Shown here in pieces: positions 1 to 8,510 of a DNA stretch of 32,000 nucleotides; the stretch's first letter is position 1; each line of letters begins with the position of its first letter. This stretch comes from Pirellula staleyi DSM 6068. Its GTDB lineage: Bacteria > Planctomycetota > Planctomycetia > Pirellulales > Pirellulaceae. The stretch is from NCBI GenBank assembly GCA_000025185.1, contig CP001848.1:2610001-2642000 (forward strand), given 5' to 3'. The position numbers and the translations under genes are program-made. A model generated the notes under the pieces. That model saw nothing but the letters and a program-made list of their open reading frames with translations, ran no database searches and was not told the origin of the DNA.

Positions 1-857
1 ATGAGGCGTCCCTGACGTTCCGAGAACTTCGTCAGCAGCATTTCTTGGATGATTTCGGGAAGCGTGGTGGCCGTGCTATCGACAGCGCCGCTGAGGGGAT
101 AACAGCCGAGCGTACGAAAACGAACCATCCGCATCTCGGGAGTTTCGCCTGGCCGCATCGGCAAGCGATCATCGTCGACCATGATCATGGTGCCATCGCG
201 CCACACAATGGGCCGTTCTTTGGCAAAGTAGAGTGGCACGATCGGAATGTTTTCGAGGTGCACGTATTGCCACACGTCGAGTTCAGTCCAGTTCGAGAGT
301 GGAAAGACCCGAATGCTTTCCCCCTTGTTGACCCGCGCGTTGTAGAGGTTCCACAACTCGGGGCGCTGATTCTTCGGGTCCCAGCGATGCATCTGATCGC
401 GGAACGAGTAGACCCGTTCTTTTGCGCGGCTCTTCTCTTCGTCGCGACGAGCACCACCAAAGGCGGCGTCGAACTGATATTTCGTGAGTGCCTGTTTTAG
501 GCTTTCGGTCTTCATCACATCGGTGTGCACTTTGCTGCCGTGCGTGATGGGATTGATCCCTTGTCGGACGCCGTCTTGGTTGACGTGCACAATGAGCTTC
601 AGGCCGAGCTCTTTGGCGACATAGTTGTCGCGCAGGTCGTACATCTCGCGGAACTTCCACGTGGTATCGACATGCAGCAGCGGAAACGGCGGCTTGGCGG
701 GATAGAACGCCTTCATCGCCAAATGGAGCATCACCGCGGAATCTTTTCCGATCGAATAGAGCATCACCGGGTTTTCGAACTCGGCGACCACTTCGCGGAT
801 GATGTGGATACTCTCGGCTTCGAGCTGCTTGAGATGCGTGAGGCTATAGCCAGACAT
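1..857 (-). CDS. cysD: Sulfate adenylyltransferase subunit 2 (CysD), first ~285 aa; the 3' end runs off the left window edge
   Basis: Absent from the ORF track because its stop lies beyond base 1. My reverse-complement translation from ATG (857..855) stays open to base 1. It reads [96 protein letters not shown]...[31 protein letters not shown]...[16 protein letters not shown]. This is collinear with CysD (PAPS-reductase fold), including the SxGKDS PP-loop. The + strand ORFs 45..500 and 525..1076 are its antisense shadows. Confidence 0.9.
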   Translation of the reverse strand, partial: MSGYSLTHLKQLEAESIHIIREVVAEFENPVMLYSIGKDSAVMLHLAMKAFYPAKPPFPLLHVDTTWKFREMYDLRDNYVAKELGLKLIVHVNQDGVRQGINPITHGSKVHTDVMKTESLKQALTKYQFDAAFGGARRDEEKSRAKERVYSFRDQMHRWDPKNQRPELWNLYNARVNKGESIRVFPLSNWTELDVWQYVHLENIPIVPLYFAKERPIVWRDGTMIMVDDDRLPMRPGETPEMRMVRFRTLGCYPLSGAVDSTATTLPEIIQEMLLTKFSERQGRL

Positions 858-1196
858 AGTGTTTTGTTGCGAGGAAAAGAAGTTCCTCGCGAAAAAGATG
901 GCGAGGCTGCGGCGACAGCTGGCAGAGTGGTGCGTCGCCGACATGATGTCAAAGACACGCCCCACCGTCACCAGGTTCCGCGAGAACACCCGCAGCCCAG
1001 AACTCTACGCAGTGGGCAAGAGATAGAACTCTTACCGCTCGCGAGACTTGCGAACTTTGGGAAGGATTTACGGTAGCCCAAGAGTATAGAGGCGACAGGC
1101 CGATCACTCAACGCCGCTTTGCAGGTGGCGGTAGAGTGGGTAAGTCGTGGAAGATAGGCAGTTTGCGATCGGCTCTGTGGAACTTCCGAAGCCTGT

Positions 1197-1676
1197 CTAC
1201 TTTTTGAAGTGGACAGCGCAAGCGCCGTCGTCGCAGTCGTCGGTCGATTTACCTGCAAGCCAGTAGCGCCTTTTCGCGACCTGCCAGTAACCCCATTTCC
1301 AGAGTGGCAAAGTAAACGGGATATGCAGAATCGGAGCCAAAATGTAGAGGAGAGGAAGCCTCGTGGTTAGATAGCGAAAAGCAGCCGCTCCACCGTAGCG
1401 ATTTCCTTTTTGATCGACGACGTACATTTCGTCCATCATTTGCTGGTAAGTCAAATCAGGATAACGCTTTGCAACTTCGGGATCGTGCAGCGATAAAAAG
1501 GCAAGCCGCTTTCCCTTGCCGTCCCAGCGAGCGAGCTTCTGAACCTGCGACTTGCAGAAGTTGCAGTGGCCGTCGTAGATCACCACATCAGCATTCGGAA
1601 GCTCTTGGGGCGTAGGGAGTTGGACCGACTTCTTGGCAGTTGCGGCAGCGGTTTTCGTGGCAGTCACGGCATTCAA
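1197..1676 (-). CDS. DCC-family (DUF393) thiol-disulfide oxidoreductase
   Basis: 159-aa ORF with the family-defining YDGHCNFC (DxxCxxC) motif about 35 aa from the N-terminus and a hydrophobic C-terminal half. The track start is TTG at 1676. An in-frame GTG at 1667 is also possible, and there is no ATG before the motif, so the start is uncertain. Confidence 0.75.
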   Translation of the reverse strand: MNAVTATKTAAATAKKSVQLPTPQELPNADVVIYDGHCNFCKSQVQKLARWDGKGKRLAFLSLHDPEVAKRYPDLTYQQMMDEMYVVDQKGNRYGGAAAFRYLTTRLPLLYILAPILHIPFTLPLWKWGYWQVAKRRYWLAGKSTDDCDDGACAVHFKK

Positions 1677-2006
1677 CTTTCAGCACTTGCGGCCCCCTCA
1701 ACTTCCCACAGGAAGAGCGGGCTCCGCAAAAACGTTCTTCGCTACACTTAAAACCGCGAGTAGCTGGGAAAGGTAACTTTGTTAGAGACTTTCCCAGGCA
1801 GCCGATCCAGAGCACAATCGCTAGATCGTAAGTTGAGATTCAGCCAAGTTGTTACACAAAATTCGCTGGTGTCCCAAATCGTGGCGGCTCTATAATTCGT
1901 CGAGTTAAATAAGGATCGCGTCTGGTCGGCGAAATTCAAGTAACGAGCGTCGGCAAATTGCGGTTCTTCAGCATGACTAAGTGATCTCAGTAGCATACTG
2001 AACAAC

Positions 2007-2036
2007 TTGACACGTGCTGGTCGGTTGGGGTAGAAC
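2007..2036 (+). promoter_or_regulatory. Candidate sigma70-type promoter for the 2092 gene
   Basis: TTGACA (2007-2012), 18 nt spacer, TAGAAC (2031-2036). It lies 55 nt upstream of ATG 2092 in an AT-richer divergent intergenic region. The support is a hexamer match only. Confidence 0.25.
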
Positions 2037-2091
2037 TCACTCGGTTGAGTGAGCAGCGAATGATCATTTCCAGCGATGGAAGGCCACGGCG

Positions 2092-3759
2092 ATGGACGAA
2101 ATCAAACGGCAAGTGCAGCGGGCTCAGTGGCGATTGAATTTCAATCAGTTCCTGACGATGGTCAGTTGGTCGCTGTTCGCTTCGCTGCTCGTTGGCGTGA
2201 TCGGCCTGGCGATCCCCAAAATCTGGGTCCTCAAACTCGACACGCAAATTTGGCAATGGTCGTGGATTGCCGGGTCGGCTGCGGTGGGGCTGATCGTCGC
2301 AGGTGTTTGGACCTACCTGGCACGTCGCAGCGCGATTGAAGCGGCAATTGAAGTCGATCGCCGTTTTGGTCTGCGCGAGCGGATCTCGAGCACCCTTACA
2401 CTGGCGCCCCAAGAACTCGATAGCGAAGTGGGTCGCGCCCTGGTCAATGATGCCAGCCGGCGGGTCGAGCGGATTGATATCCGCGACCAATTCAAAGTGG
2501 AGCCAAGCTGGCGCTTAGCACTCCCTGTTCTCTCGGCGCTACTTGTGGTCGGGACGACCTTTCTCCCGAACGCCGCGCTCAAGCAGGCCAATGCGGCTGC
2601 CGAGAATCCCACCGAGTCGCAAAAGGTGGTGAAGGCGGCTGCTGAAAAACTCAAACAGAAACTTCGCGACACGCAGAAGAAGGCCGAGGAACTTGGCCTG
2701 AAAGATGCCGAGCTACTCAAGCAGATTGATCGCGAAGTTGACAAGCTGACCGAGAAGAACGGCCTCGATCGCAAAGATGCCATGATCAAGATCAACGATC
2801 TTGCGAAGGAAATCCAGAAGAAGAAAGAAGGTCTTTCGGGTGCCGACGAAATGAAGAAGGCACTCGAGAAACTGAAGGATGTGCAAAAAGGTCCTGCCGA
2901 CAAAACGGCGGAGGCTCTGAAGAATGGCGACTTCGGGAAGGCCAAGGAAGAGATCGAAAAGCTGGCCCAAGACCTGAAAGAGGGAAAGCTGACTCCGGAG
3001 AAGAAGGAAGAACTTGCCAAGCAGCTTGAGCAGATGGCCGAGAAGCTCAAAGGGATGGCCGAATCGCACAAAGAAGCCCGCGAGAACTTGGCCAAAGAGA
3101 TTGAAAAGAAGATGCAGTCGGGCGATCCGAAAGAGATGGCCGAGGCCAGCAAACTGCAAGAGCAACTCGACAAAATGGATTCGCAAGCTGCCCAAATGGA
3201 GCAGATGAATCAGCGGATGTCGGACAAGCTCGCCGAATGTGCCAAGTGCATGAAGAGCGGTTCAAAGGAGGGGGAGAAGATGGCCCTCGATGAACTAAGC
3301 GAACTTGCCGAGAACCTCGACGAACTGCAAGAGCAGCTCGACCAGCTCGAGAACCTCGACGAAGTGATGGATCAACTCGCTTCGGCTAAAGATGCGATGC
3401 GAGGCAAGGGCTCGGAGGGTATGGAGGGAGAAGGTGAAGGAGAGGGTGAAGGTAAAGGCAAGGGTGACAAGTCGGGCCGTGGTCTTGGTGAAGGCCAGGG
3501 GGAAGGAGAACGCCCCGAAGAAGAGACCGACAAGAACTTCTACGACTCACGCGTGGCTGCCGACCCGAAGAAGGGTGAATCGATTCGCATCGGCGATGCT
3601 GGTGGCAAAAACGTTGCCGGTGTCACGCGCGAAGCCTTGAAAGAAGAAGTGACCGCCGGTCGAGCCAAGGAACCTGATGCCCTGAACGATGTGACGCTCC
3701 CTCGCGAACAGCGCGATCACGCCCGCCAATACTTCGAACGCTTCCGCACGGGAGAATAA
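2092..3759 (+). CDS. Membrane-anchored Lys/Glu-rich coiled-coil protein, function unknown
   Basis: 555-aa ORF with ATG 2092 and GGAAGG 9 nt upstream. The N-terminus has hydrophobic helices (SWSLFASLLVGVIGLAI, WIAGSAAVGLIVAGVW, LALPVLSALLVVGTTF). About 300 aa of K/E-rich heptad-like sequence follows (KLKQKLRDTQKKAEELGLKDAELLKQIDREVDKL...), then a GEGEGEGEGKGKG tract and the tail LPREQRDHARQYFERFR. The gene is bounded by a promoter candidate and a strong terminator. I cannot name a family with confidence. Confidence 0.8.
   Translation: MDEIKRQVQRAQWRLNFNQFLTMVSWSLFASLLVGVIGLAIPKIWVLKLDTQIWQWSWIAGSAAVGLIVAGVWTYLARRSAIEAAIEVDRRFGLRERISSTLTLAPQELDSEVGRALVNDASRRVERIDIRDQFKVEPSWRLALPVLSALLVVGTTFLPNAALKQANAAAENPTESQKVVKAAAEKLKQKLRDTQKKAEELGLKDAELLKQIDREVDKLTEKNGLDRKDAMIKINDLAKEIQKKKEGLSGADEMKKALEKLKDVQKGPADKTAEALKNGDFGKAKEEIEKLAQDLKEGKLTPEKKEELAKQLEQMAEKLKGMAESHKEARENLAKEIEKKMQSGDPKEMAEASKLQEQLDKMDSQAAQMEQMNQRMSDKLAECAKCMKSGSKEGEKMALDELSELAENLDELQEQLDQLENLDEVMDQLASAKDAMRGKGSEGMEGEGEGEGEGKGKGDKSGRGLGEGQGEGERPEEETDKNFYDSRVAADPKKGESIRIGDAGGKNVAGVTREALKEEVTAGRAKEPDALNDVTLPREQRDHARQYFERFRTGE
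3424..3465 (+). repeat. In-frame (GAR-GGN)n hexanucleotide tract encoding EGEGEGEGEGKGKG
   Basis: Read directly: gag gga gaa ggt gaa gga gag ggt gaa ggt aaa ggc aag ggt, in frame with the 2092 ORF. A looser GLGEGQGEGE copy follows downstream. Confidence 0.6.
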
Positions 3760-3810
3760 TCTCGGTAGGCAGCGACCTCTTTAGAGATCGCTAAGCTCAG
3801 AAAACAACGA

Positions 3811-3846
3811 AGCCCGTCATGGCAAGTTCCATGGCGGGCTTTTTTA
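3811..3846. terminator. Intrinsic terminator between convergent genes (stronger on + strand, usable on both)
   Basis: 12-bp stem AGCCCGTCATGG / CCATGGCGGGCT (one U.G pair on the + strand RNA), 6-nt loop CAAGTT, then TTTTTT. An A-rich run (AAAACAACGA) precedes the stem and gives a U-rich tail on the minus strand. It lies 52 nt after the stop at 3759 and about 30 nt after the minus-strand stop at 3877. Confidence 0.75.
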
Positions 3847-3876
3847 CTGGACCTATCGCGACGAGATTATCGAGCG

Positions 3877-4197
3877 TTACGGTTTGTTGAGGGTCAGTGA
3901 GTACAAAATCACTACCGCGCCGGTAGAGAGAAGGGTCCAAGGAGCCCACTCCGCTGGTGTGAAGATGCGAGGCTGAGTCGGTGGTGGTGCGTTGAACAAG
4001 CTGGCAGGTTGCTCGGTCTTGTTTTCGCCAGCCATCACAAACGAATCGACCACCATGCACTCGGCGCCGAGGATGCAGGCGAAAATGCCCAAAGCGAGAA
4101 AGAAGGCTCGCCACATGTTGGAGGGTCCTGCGGGGTGAGAGTCGTGGAAACTGCTGCTCAACCGATGTTGCTTGTCGGTTGCAGCGATAGCTTCCAT
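3877..4197 (-). CDS. Small two-helix membrane protein, hypothetical
   Basis: 106-aa ORF with GAGGTG 5 nt upstream of ATG 4197. Two hydrophobic helices are present (WRAFFLALGIFACILGA and WTLLSTGAVVILYSLTL). The terminator sits just downstream. ATG 4116 is an alternative start. Confidence 0.55.
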   Translation of the reverse strand: MEAIAATDKQHRLSSSFHDSHPAGPSNMWRAFFLALGIFACILGAECMVVDSFVMAGENKTEQPASLFNAPPPTQPRIFTPAEWAPWTLLSTGAVVILYSLTLNKP

Positions 4198-4252
4198 GCG
4201 CCACCTCGCCAGTCATCAATGGGCCAGCGATTGCATCCCTTCATCGATTAGT

Positions 4253-4281
4253 TTCGACTTCCGGCCGCCACCTGCTATAAA
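4253..4281 (+). promoter_or_regulatory. Candidate sigma70-type promoter for the 4336 gene
   Basis: TTCGAC (4253-4258), 17 nt spacer, TATAAA (4276-4281), 55 nt upstream of ATG 4336. The support is a hexamer match only. Confidence 0.25.
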
Positions 4282-4335
4282 AAATGATGGCAACTCGCTT
4301 CTCTCCGCACTTCCCCTTTCATTGGGCCTGTCGGC

Positions 4336-5358
4336 ATGTCTTTCCTGCGACTCCTAAGCAGCATTTGCGCCCTGGTCGCGCTGGCCTTGGTGGCCAACGC
4401 GGCGTCGGCTGCTGACAATCCGCAGAAGATTCTCGCGCGGCAGGAACTGGTGCCGATCGTGCCGAATGTGTGGGGGACAAGCGACGAACTCAAACTCCAA
4501 GAGATCGCGAGCGAACTCCCCAAACTGAAAGAGCCGCTGCTCGTGCTTCAGCGTGATTTGCAGCAGCGCATGGAAGCCAACAGCCTGGTGTGGGGACAGC
4601 AGGGGATCACGATCAAGGCGATGGAGTCGTCGCTCGCCAAGTTGTCGCCGTCAGATCCTGGTCGACAACCGCTGCTCGTGCAAATTGCTCAAGCGAGGTC
4701 GCAAACCATCGAGCCCGAGAAACTGGCGGGACAGTTTGCTGTTCAGCAGCGTTTGATCGAACTGATTGAAGTCCGAAATGCTATCTCGATTGCCATCCTC
4801 GAGAGCGATCGCTTACTCGCGGCGATGATGGCTCGCTATGCCGACCTTGAGAAGGATGAGGCAGTCACGGCCGCTCTGCGGGCGATTGATAAAGGAGCGC
4901 GACTTGGGCCCGCCCGTTCGCTCGAGAATCATCGCAGGCGATTGGCCGAGTACGAGAAACTGGTTTTCACGACCTCGGTGCCTGTCTATTTGCAAAGTGG
5001 TCGGCTGCGTGTGAGTGCGATTGCTGGTGATCGCCTGCCGGTCACGTTTACGTTTCAGAACAACTCGGCTGGCGAATCGACGATGATCACCAGCAGCGTG
5101 GCGGAATCGCTTGATGTGGTGATCGATCGCAAGGTCGCGCCGCTAAAAGTAGAGGTGGCTCCCAAACGAGTGGCGATGGTCCGCGAGACGACCATTTCTT
5201 ACTTGCGACTCGGACGATTTACCACCAGTGGTGTGCGGGTGTTGGTCTTACCTCCCGAGTGCGAGGATCTTGGCTGTACACTCGCGCGAGGCACACTCAG
5301 CGGACATAGCGTGAAGGTCGACCTGCCTCAATTTCGGATGGTGATCGACGGCGAATAA
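4336..5358 (+). CDS. Exported hypothetical protein with a helical N-terminal half and a beta-rich, retropepsin-like C-terminal domain
   Basis: 340-aa ORF with the signal peptide MSFLRLLSSICALVALALVANAASA. The C-terminal ~125 aa follow the layout of bacterial retropepsin-like domains, but the DTGA-equivalent position reads FQNNSAGES. Confidence 0.75.
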   Translation: MSFLRLLSSICALVALALVANAASAADNPQKILARQELVPIVPNVWGTSDELKLQEIASELPKLKEPLLVLQRDLQQRMEANSLVWGQQGITIKAMESSLAKLSPSDPGRQPLLVQIAQARSQTIEPEKLAGQFAVQQRLIELIEVRNAISIAILESDRLLAAMMARYADLEKDEAVTAALRAIDKGARLGPARSLENHRRRLAEYEKLVFTTSVPVYLQSGRLRVSAIAGDRLPVTFTFQNNSAGESTMITSSVAESLDVVIDRKVAPLKVEVAPKRVAMVRETTISYLRLGRFTTSGVRVLVLPPECEDLGCTLARGTLSGHSVKVDLPQFRMVIDGE

Positions 5359-5413
5359 TCGCCAGCATGTTGGCATGCGAGCGCGACACGCTCTCGAAAA
5401 AATTGATAGCCTG

Positions 5414-7153
5414 TTAGCTACCCCGTATCGAGCCCGACTGCGATCGCATGATTTCGCGAAGGACTTCTCCCGTTTCGCTGATCTCGACGAGTTGTGTGGC
5501 GGTCGCGACAAAAATCTTCCCTTCGGGCGAACGATAGACATCGGTGGGGCGCACGATTTTCGCCGACCAAAGTTCTTTTCCCTCGCGATCGATGCGGACG
5601 ATGCGATCACCTTGATAGTCGGCGATCAGCAGTGTGCCACTCGGTTCCACTTGGACTGAATTAAGGCGTCCCTTCACGGCCCATTTGTGGGACACTTCGC
5701 CGGTGCGGCTTACTTCGAGGATGACGCTCGGACAAGCGACAATGGTGGTTCCATCGTCGAGTCGATCGACGGCGAACACGTTGTCGGGAGCGGTGAATTC
5801 CCAAACGATCTCATTGGTGCGTGTGACTTCTAAGGCACGTTTTCCTGAGAAATCGGCGATCAGCACATTGCCGCTGGTGAGTGGGAGTGCGCGAATCGCG
5901 TTAGGCCCCTGCAGCTGCCACACAATTGTGCCAGAGGCGTTCACTTCCACAACGCGGCTGTTCCAGTGGCTCGCGATCATGATGTTGCCGCTTCCCATTT
6001 TTTCCGCGTGCCAACTTTGCATCGCGAATTCCCACGACACTTTGCCGTCGCTCTCGATCAGCCGAACGCGGCCGCTGCCGCCGGTTGCGATGAGAAGTTG
6101 GTCTCCCAGTTCACCTCGATCGGCGAGTGAAAATCTGGGTGGCATCACGAGCATTGCGGTCGAGGAGTCTTGAGCGACCCACGTTTCCCATTTCTCGGCC
6201 GCTTGCTTGCGATCGGCATCGGGAAGAGTGGGAGAATAGCCGAGTGTTTGTCCCGAGATCGCGACGAGATAGCGATAGGCATAGCGCCGAATTGGAAGGT
6301 CGTCGGAACGGAGCAGGCGGGCGAGTGGCAGCAGTGCTCGACGATCACCGGCGCGCACCAGGACTTGCGAAACACCCAGCACCACTTGCTCGTCGGGATC
6401 GGTTGTCAATTCAATCAGCAGTTTGCTTTCGGGATCGCGCTCGATACTGGCTAGTGCGATGGCCGCTGAGAGGCGGACCGAAGAGTTTTTCGTCCGGAGC
6501 AGTTCGCTATAGAGCGCTTGTTCGCTTGGCTGAGCGACACGCGCGACCACTTGCAGAAAGCGGGGCTGAAGCGTGGGGGAGTCGAACGCTTCGGCGGCCG
6601 CTACGAGCGATGCAGCCGAGAACTTCGCGGCATCGTGTTCGATCAGGGTGAGCGCGCCGAGCAGCAAGGCATTCACGCTCACTTGCCGCAACTGGGCGAT
6701 CACGCGTGCTCGCCAGCGCACTTCGGGATCGCCGTTCTTCTGCGCATTTTCGAGCAGCGCCTGCGGAATGCCAGGCGTGGTGGCGAGCTGCTGAGTCGCT
6801 TGCTGACGAACTTCAAAACTACCGTCGCTGAGCGCCGCAATTTGCTCCTTGGCCCAGTCGTCGAAAGTGTCGGAGGGAGCCATGCGCTCGAGCAGTTTTT
6901 GAAGCCCCTCGACGGTGGGCTCGACTCCGGAATCGGTGAGCGCTTTTCGTGCTGCCGCGATGTGTAGCGCTTCAGCGATCGTCGCGCTTTCCACGCTGAT
7001 TGGAGGTGGCAGAGCCTCTTGCGCGCTGGCGGCGATGCTGGTTGTCAGCACCAACACAAGCGCTGCCAGAGTGGTCGCGGCCAGTTTGGAGAGTCGCAGC
7101 ATCCAGGTCGCAGCCAACCGCGTGCGAGCTAGACAGGATGCAGCGCAAAGCAT
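5414..7153 (-). CDS. Exported HEAT-repeat plus beta-propeller protein
   Basis: 579-aa ORF. The N-terminus is signal-peptide-like (MLRLSKLAATTLAALVLVLTTSIAASAQE if ATG 7102 is the start; the track start is ATG 7153). The middle region has HEAT/PBS-lyase-type repeats (DPEVRWRARVIAQL, NSSVRLSAAIALASI, DPDEQVVLGVSQVLVRAGDRRALLPLARLLRSDDLPIRRYAYRYL). The C-terminal ~240 aa are repeated ~40-aa beta units (GKVSWEF, GTIVWQL, NEIVWEF, GEVSHKW, GKELWSA, GEVLREI), as in PQQ/BamB-like propellers. Confidence 0.8.
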   Translation of the reverse strand: MLCAASCLARTRLAATWMLRLSKLAATTLAALVLVLTTSIAASAQEALPPPISVESATIAEALHIAAARKALTDSGVEPTVEGLQKLLERMAPSDTFDDWAKEQIAALSDGSFEVRQQATQQLATTPGIPQALLENAQKNGDPEVRWRARVIAQLRQVSVNALLLGALTLIEHDAAKFSAASLVAAAEAFDSPTLQPRFLQVVARVAQPSEQALYSELLRTKNSSVRLSAAIALASIERDPESKLLIELTTDPDEQVVLGVSQVLVRAGDRRALLPLARLLRSDDLPIRRYAYRYLVAISGQTLGYSPTLPDADRKQAAEKWETWVAQDSSTAMLVMPPRFSLADRGELGDQLLIATGGSGRVRLIESDGKVSWEFAMQSWHAEKMGSGNIMIASHWNSRVVEVNASGTIVWQLQGPNAIRALPLTSGNVLIADFSGKRALEVTRTNEIVWEFTAPDNVFAVDRLDDGTTIVACPSVILEVSRTGEVSHKWAVKGRLNSVQVEPSGTLLIADYQGDRIVRIDREGKELWSAKIVRPTDVYRSPEGKIFVATATQLVEISETGEVLREIMRSQSGSIRGS

Positions 7154-7371
7154 GAGCGTGGCCTTGGAGGATCAGCAAGTGGCGGCGACGGTGGGAAATT
7201 TTTGGCGAGAGATCGGCGCGTTCGCCTGGCGCAAGTTTAGTAGGTAAGCGAGGCTCGATGCAAACCTAAACTCGCCACGCTGTGGGGCGATCGCGCGTCT
7301 GCTGGAGAAATGCTTCACGCACCACGACAAAACATTCGGCAAAAGAATCGTCCTGAGGTGTAACCGCCTGG

Positions 7372-8172
7372 CTATTCGATTGCACCTTGCCATTGCCACA
7401 CCACGATGGCGATTCCAGCAATCACCGAGTAGATGGCGAACCAGGGAAGGCGTCCGCTAGCAAGCAGCTTTTCGAGCAGCCGCAAACTGACGATTCCCAC
7501 GACGAACGAAATCGCAGCCCCAAGGAGCAGGAGTCCTGGGGAAGTGCTGAGAGGCTCGCTTTTGCGAATCATCGAGAGAGCCTCGAGGACCCCTGCACCG
7601 GCGATCGCAGGGATCGCCAAAAGGAAGCTGAACGTTGCCGCCGACGACCGCGAGAGCCCCACCGAGAGGCCGCCAGCGATCGTGCTGCCGCTGCGCGACA
7701 ATCCAGGAAGGATGGCAAATGCCTGACAAACGCCAATGGCCAGTGATTTACCTATCGACAGTTGTTGATAGGTGTTTTCTTTCGGAGGGATTCGGGAGAC
7801 GAGGTAGAGCACGCCGCCATTGACGATCAGCAGCACGCCAGCCAGCAGTGGGCTCTCGAGAGCCGCTGGAAACAACAACTTCAGAGGTAGTCCAACAACC
7901 ACCGCTGGTAGGGTTCCGATGGCCAATAACGCTAGGATTTGGCGATCTTCTCCGAGCAGTGCGGAGACCCGCTTGAAATAATGGACCAGAATCGAGCCGA
8001 GCGTTCCTAGATGCAGCACGATGCTTAGATCGCTGATTCCCTCGGGAGAGTCGGTGGAGCCAAACAGCAAAGGGGCGATGACGACTAAGTGTCCACTGGA
8101 ACTGATGGGCAGGAACTCGGCAATTCCCTGAACTATCGCCAGCAGAACGATTTGCCACCACACGAGTGTCAT
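7372..8172 (-). CDS. uppP: Undecaprenyl-diphosphate phosphatase (UppP/BacA)
   Basis: The track ORF 7372..8490 is over-extended. The family-typical N-terminus MTLVWWQIVLLAIVQGIAEFLPISSSGHL begins at ATG 8172, giving 266 aa. The protein has the EFLPISSSGH signature, is a polytopic membrane protein, and has a length typical of the family. Confidence 0.9.
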   Translation of the reverse strand: MTLVWWQIVLLAIVQGIAEFLPISSSGHLVVIAPLLFGSTDSPEGISDLSIVLHLGTLGSILVHYFKRVSALLGEDRQILALLAIGTLPAVVVGLPLKLLFPAALESPLLAGVLLIVNGGVLYLVSRIPPKENTYQQLSIGKSLAIGVCQAFAILPGLSRSGSTIAGGLSVGLSRSSAATFSFLLAIPAIAGAGVLEALSMIRKSEPLSTSPGLLLLGAAISFVVGIVSLRLLEKLLASGRLPWFAIYSVIAGIAIVVWQWQGAIE

Positions 8173-8510
8173 CGGTGCCCCGATATTTACGAAGGTCGGT
8201 ATGAGGTCAGTAGATCGGTTGCACGGGCGATGCCGTGATTGACGTCGCGTAAGAGTGCTTTTGAAGAACAAGTATAGGTTATTACTTAAGGGTGATGCGG
8301 ACTGCCGCACGATACCTACTTGGAATGGTCGCGCGAGCCCCCCATAATCTGAGAAGTCCGATTCGCGAGCGGTTCTTGGCGGGCATCGCGCACTATGCAG
8401 CGGGGACCACACGGCCTGCCAGCATTCGTTCCTACTTCCGAGCTTCTCTCTTCCGAGGGAACTGCGAGTAGGGGCGGGTGAAAGCATCAACAGTGATGAA
8501 GAGGGGACAT

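Noticed and set aside
2313-3173. 286-aa Ser/Phe-rich minus-strand ORF
   Set aside because: It is the mirror image of the Lys/Glu-rich coiled-coil codons (GAA/AAG read as TTC/CTT). It is a compositional artefact.
8173-8490. 106-codon N-terminal extension of uppP in the track ORF (7372..8490)
   Set aside because: The extension is Arg/Ser-rich and non-hydrophobic, and it overlaps the divergent promoter region and the start of the + strand gene. The family-typical N-terminus begins at ATG 8172.
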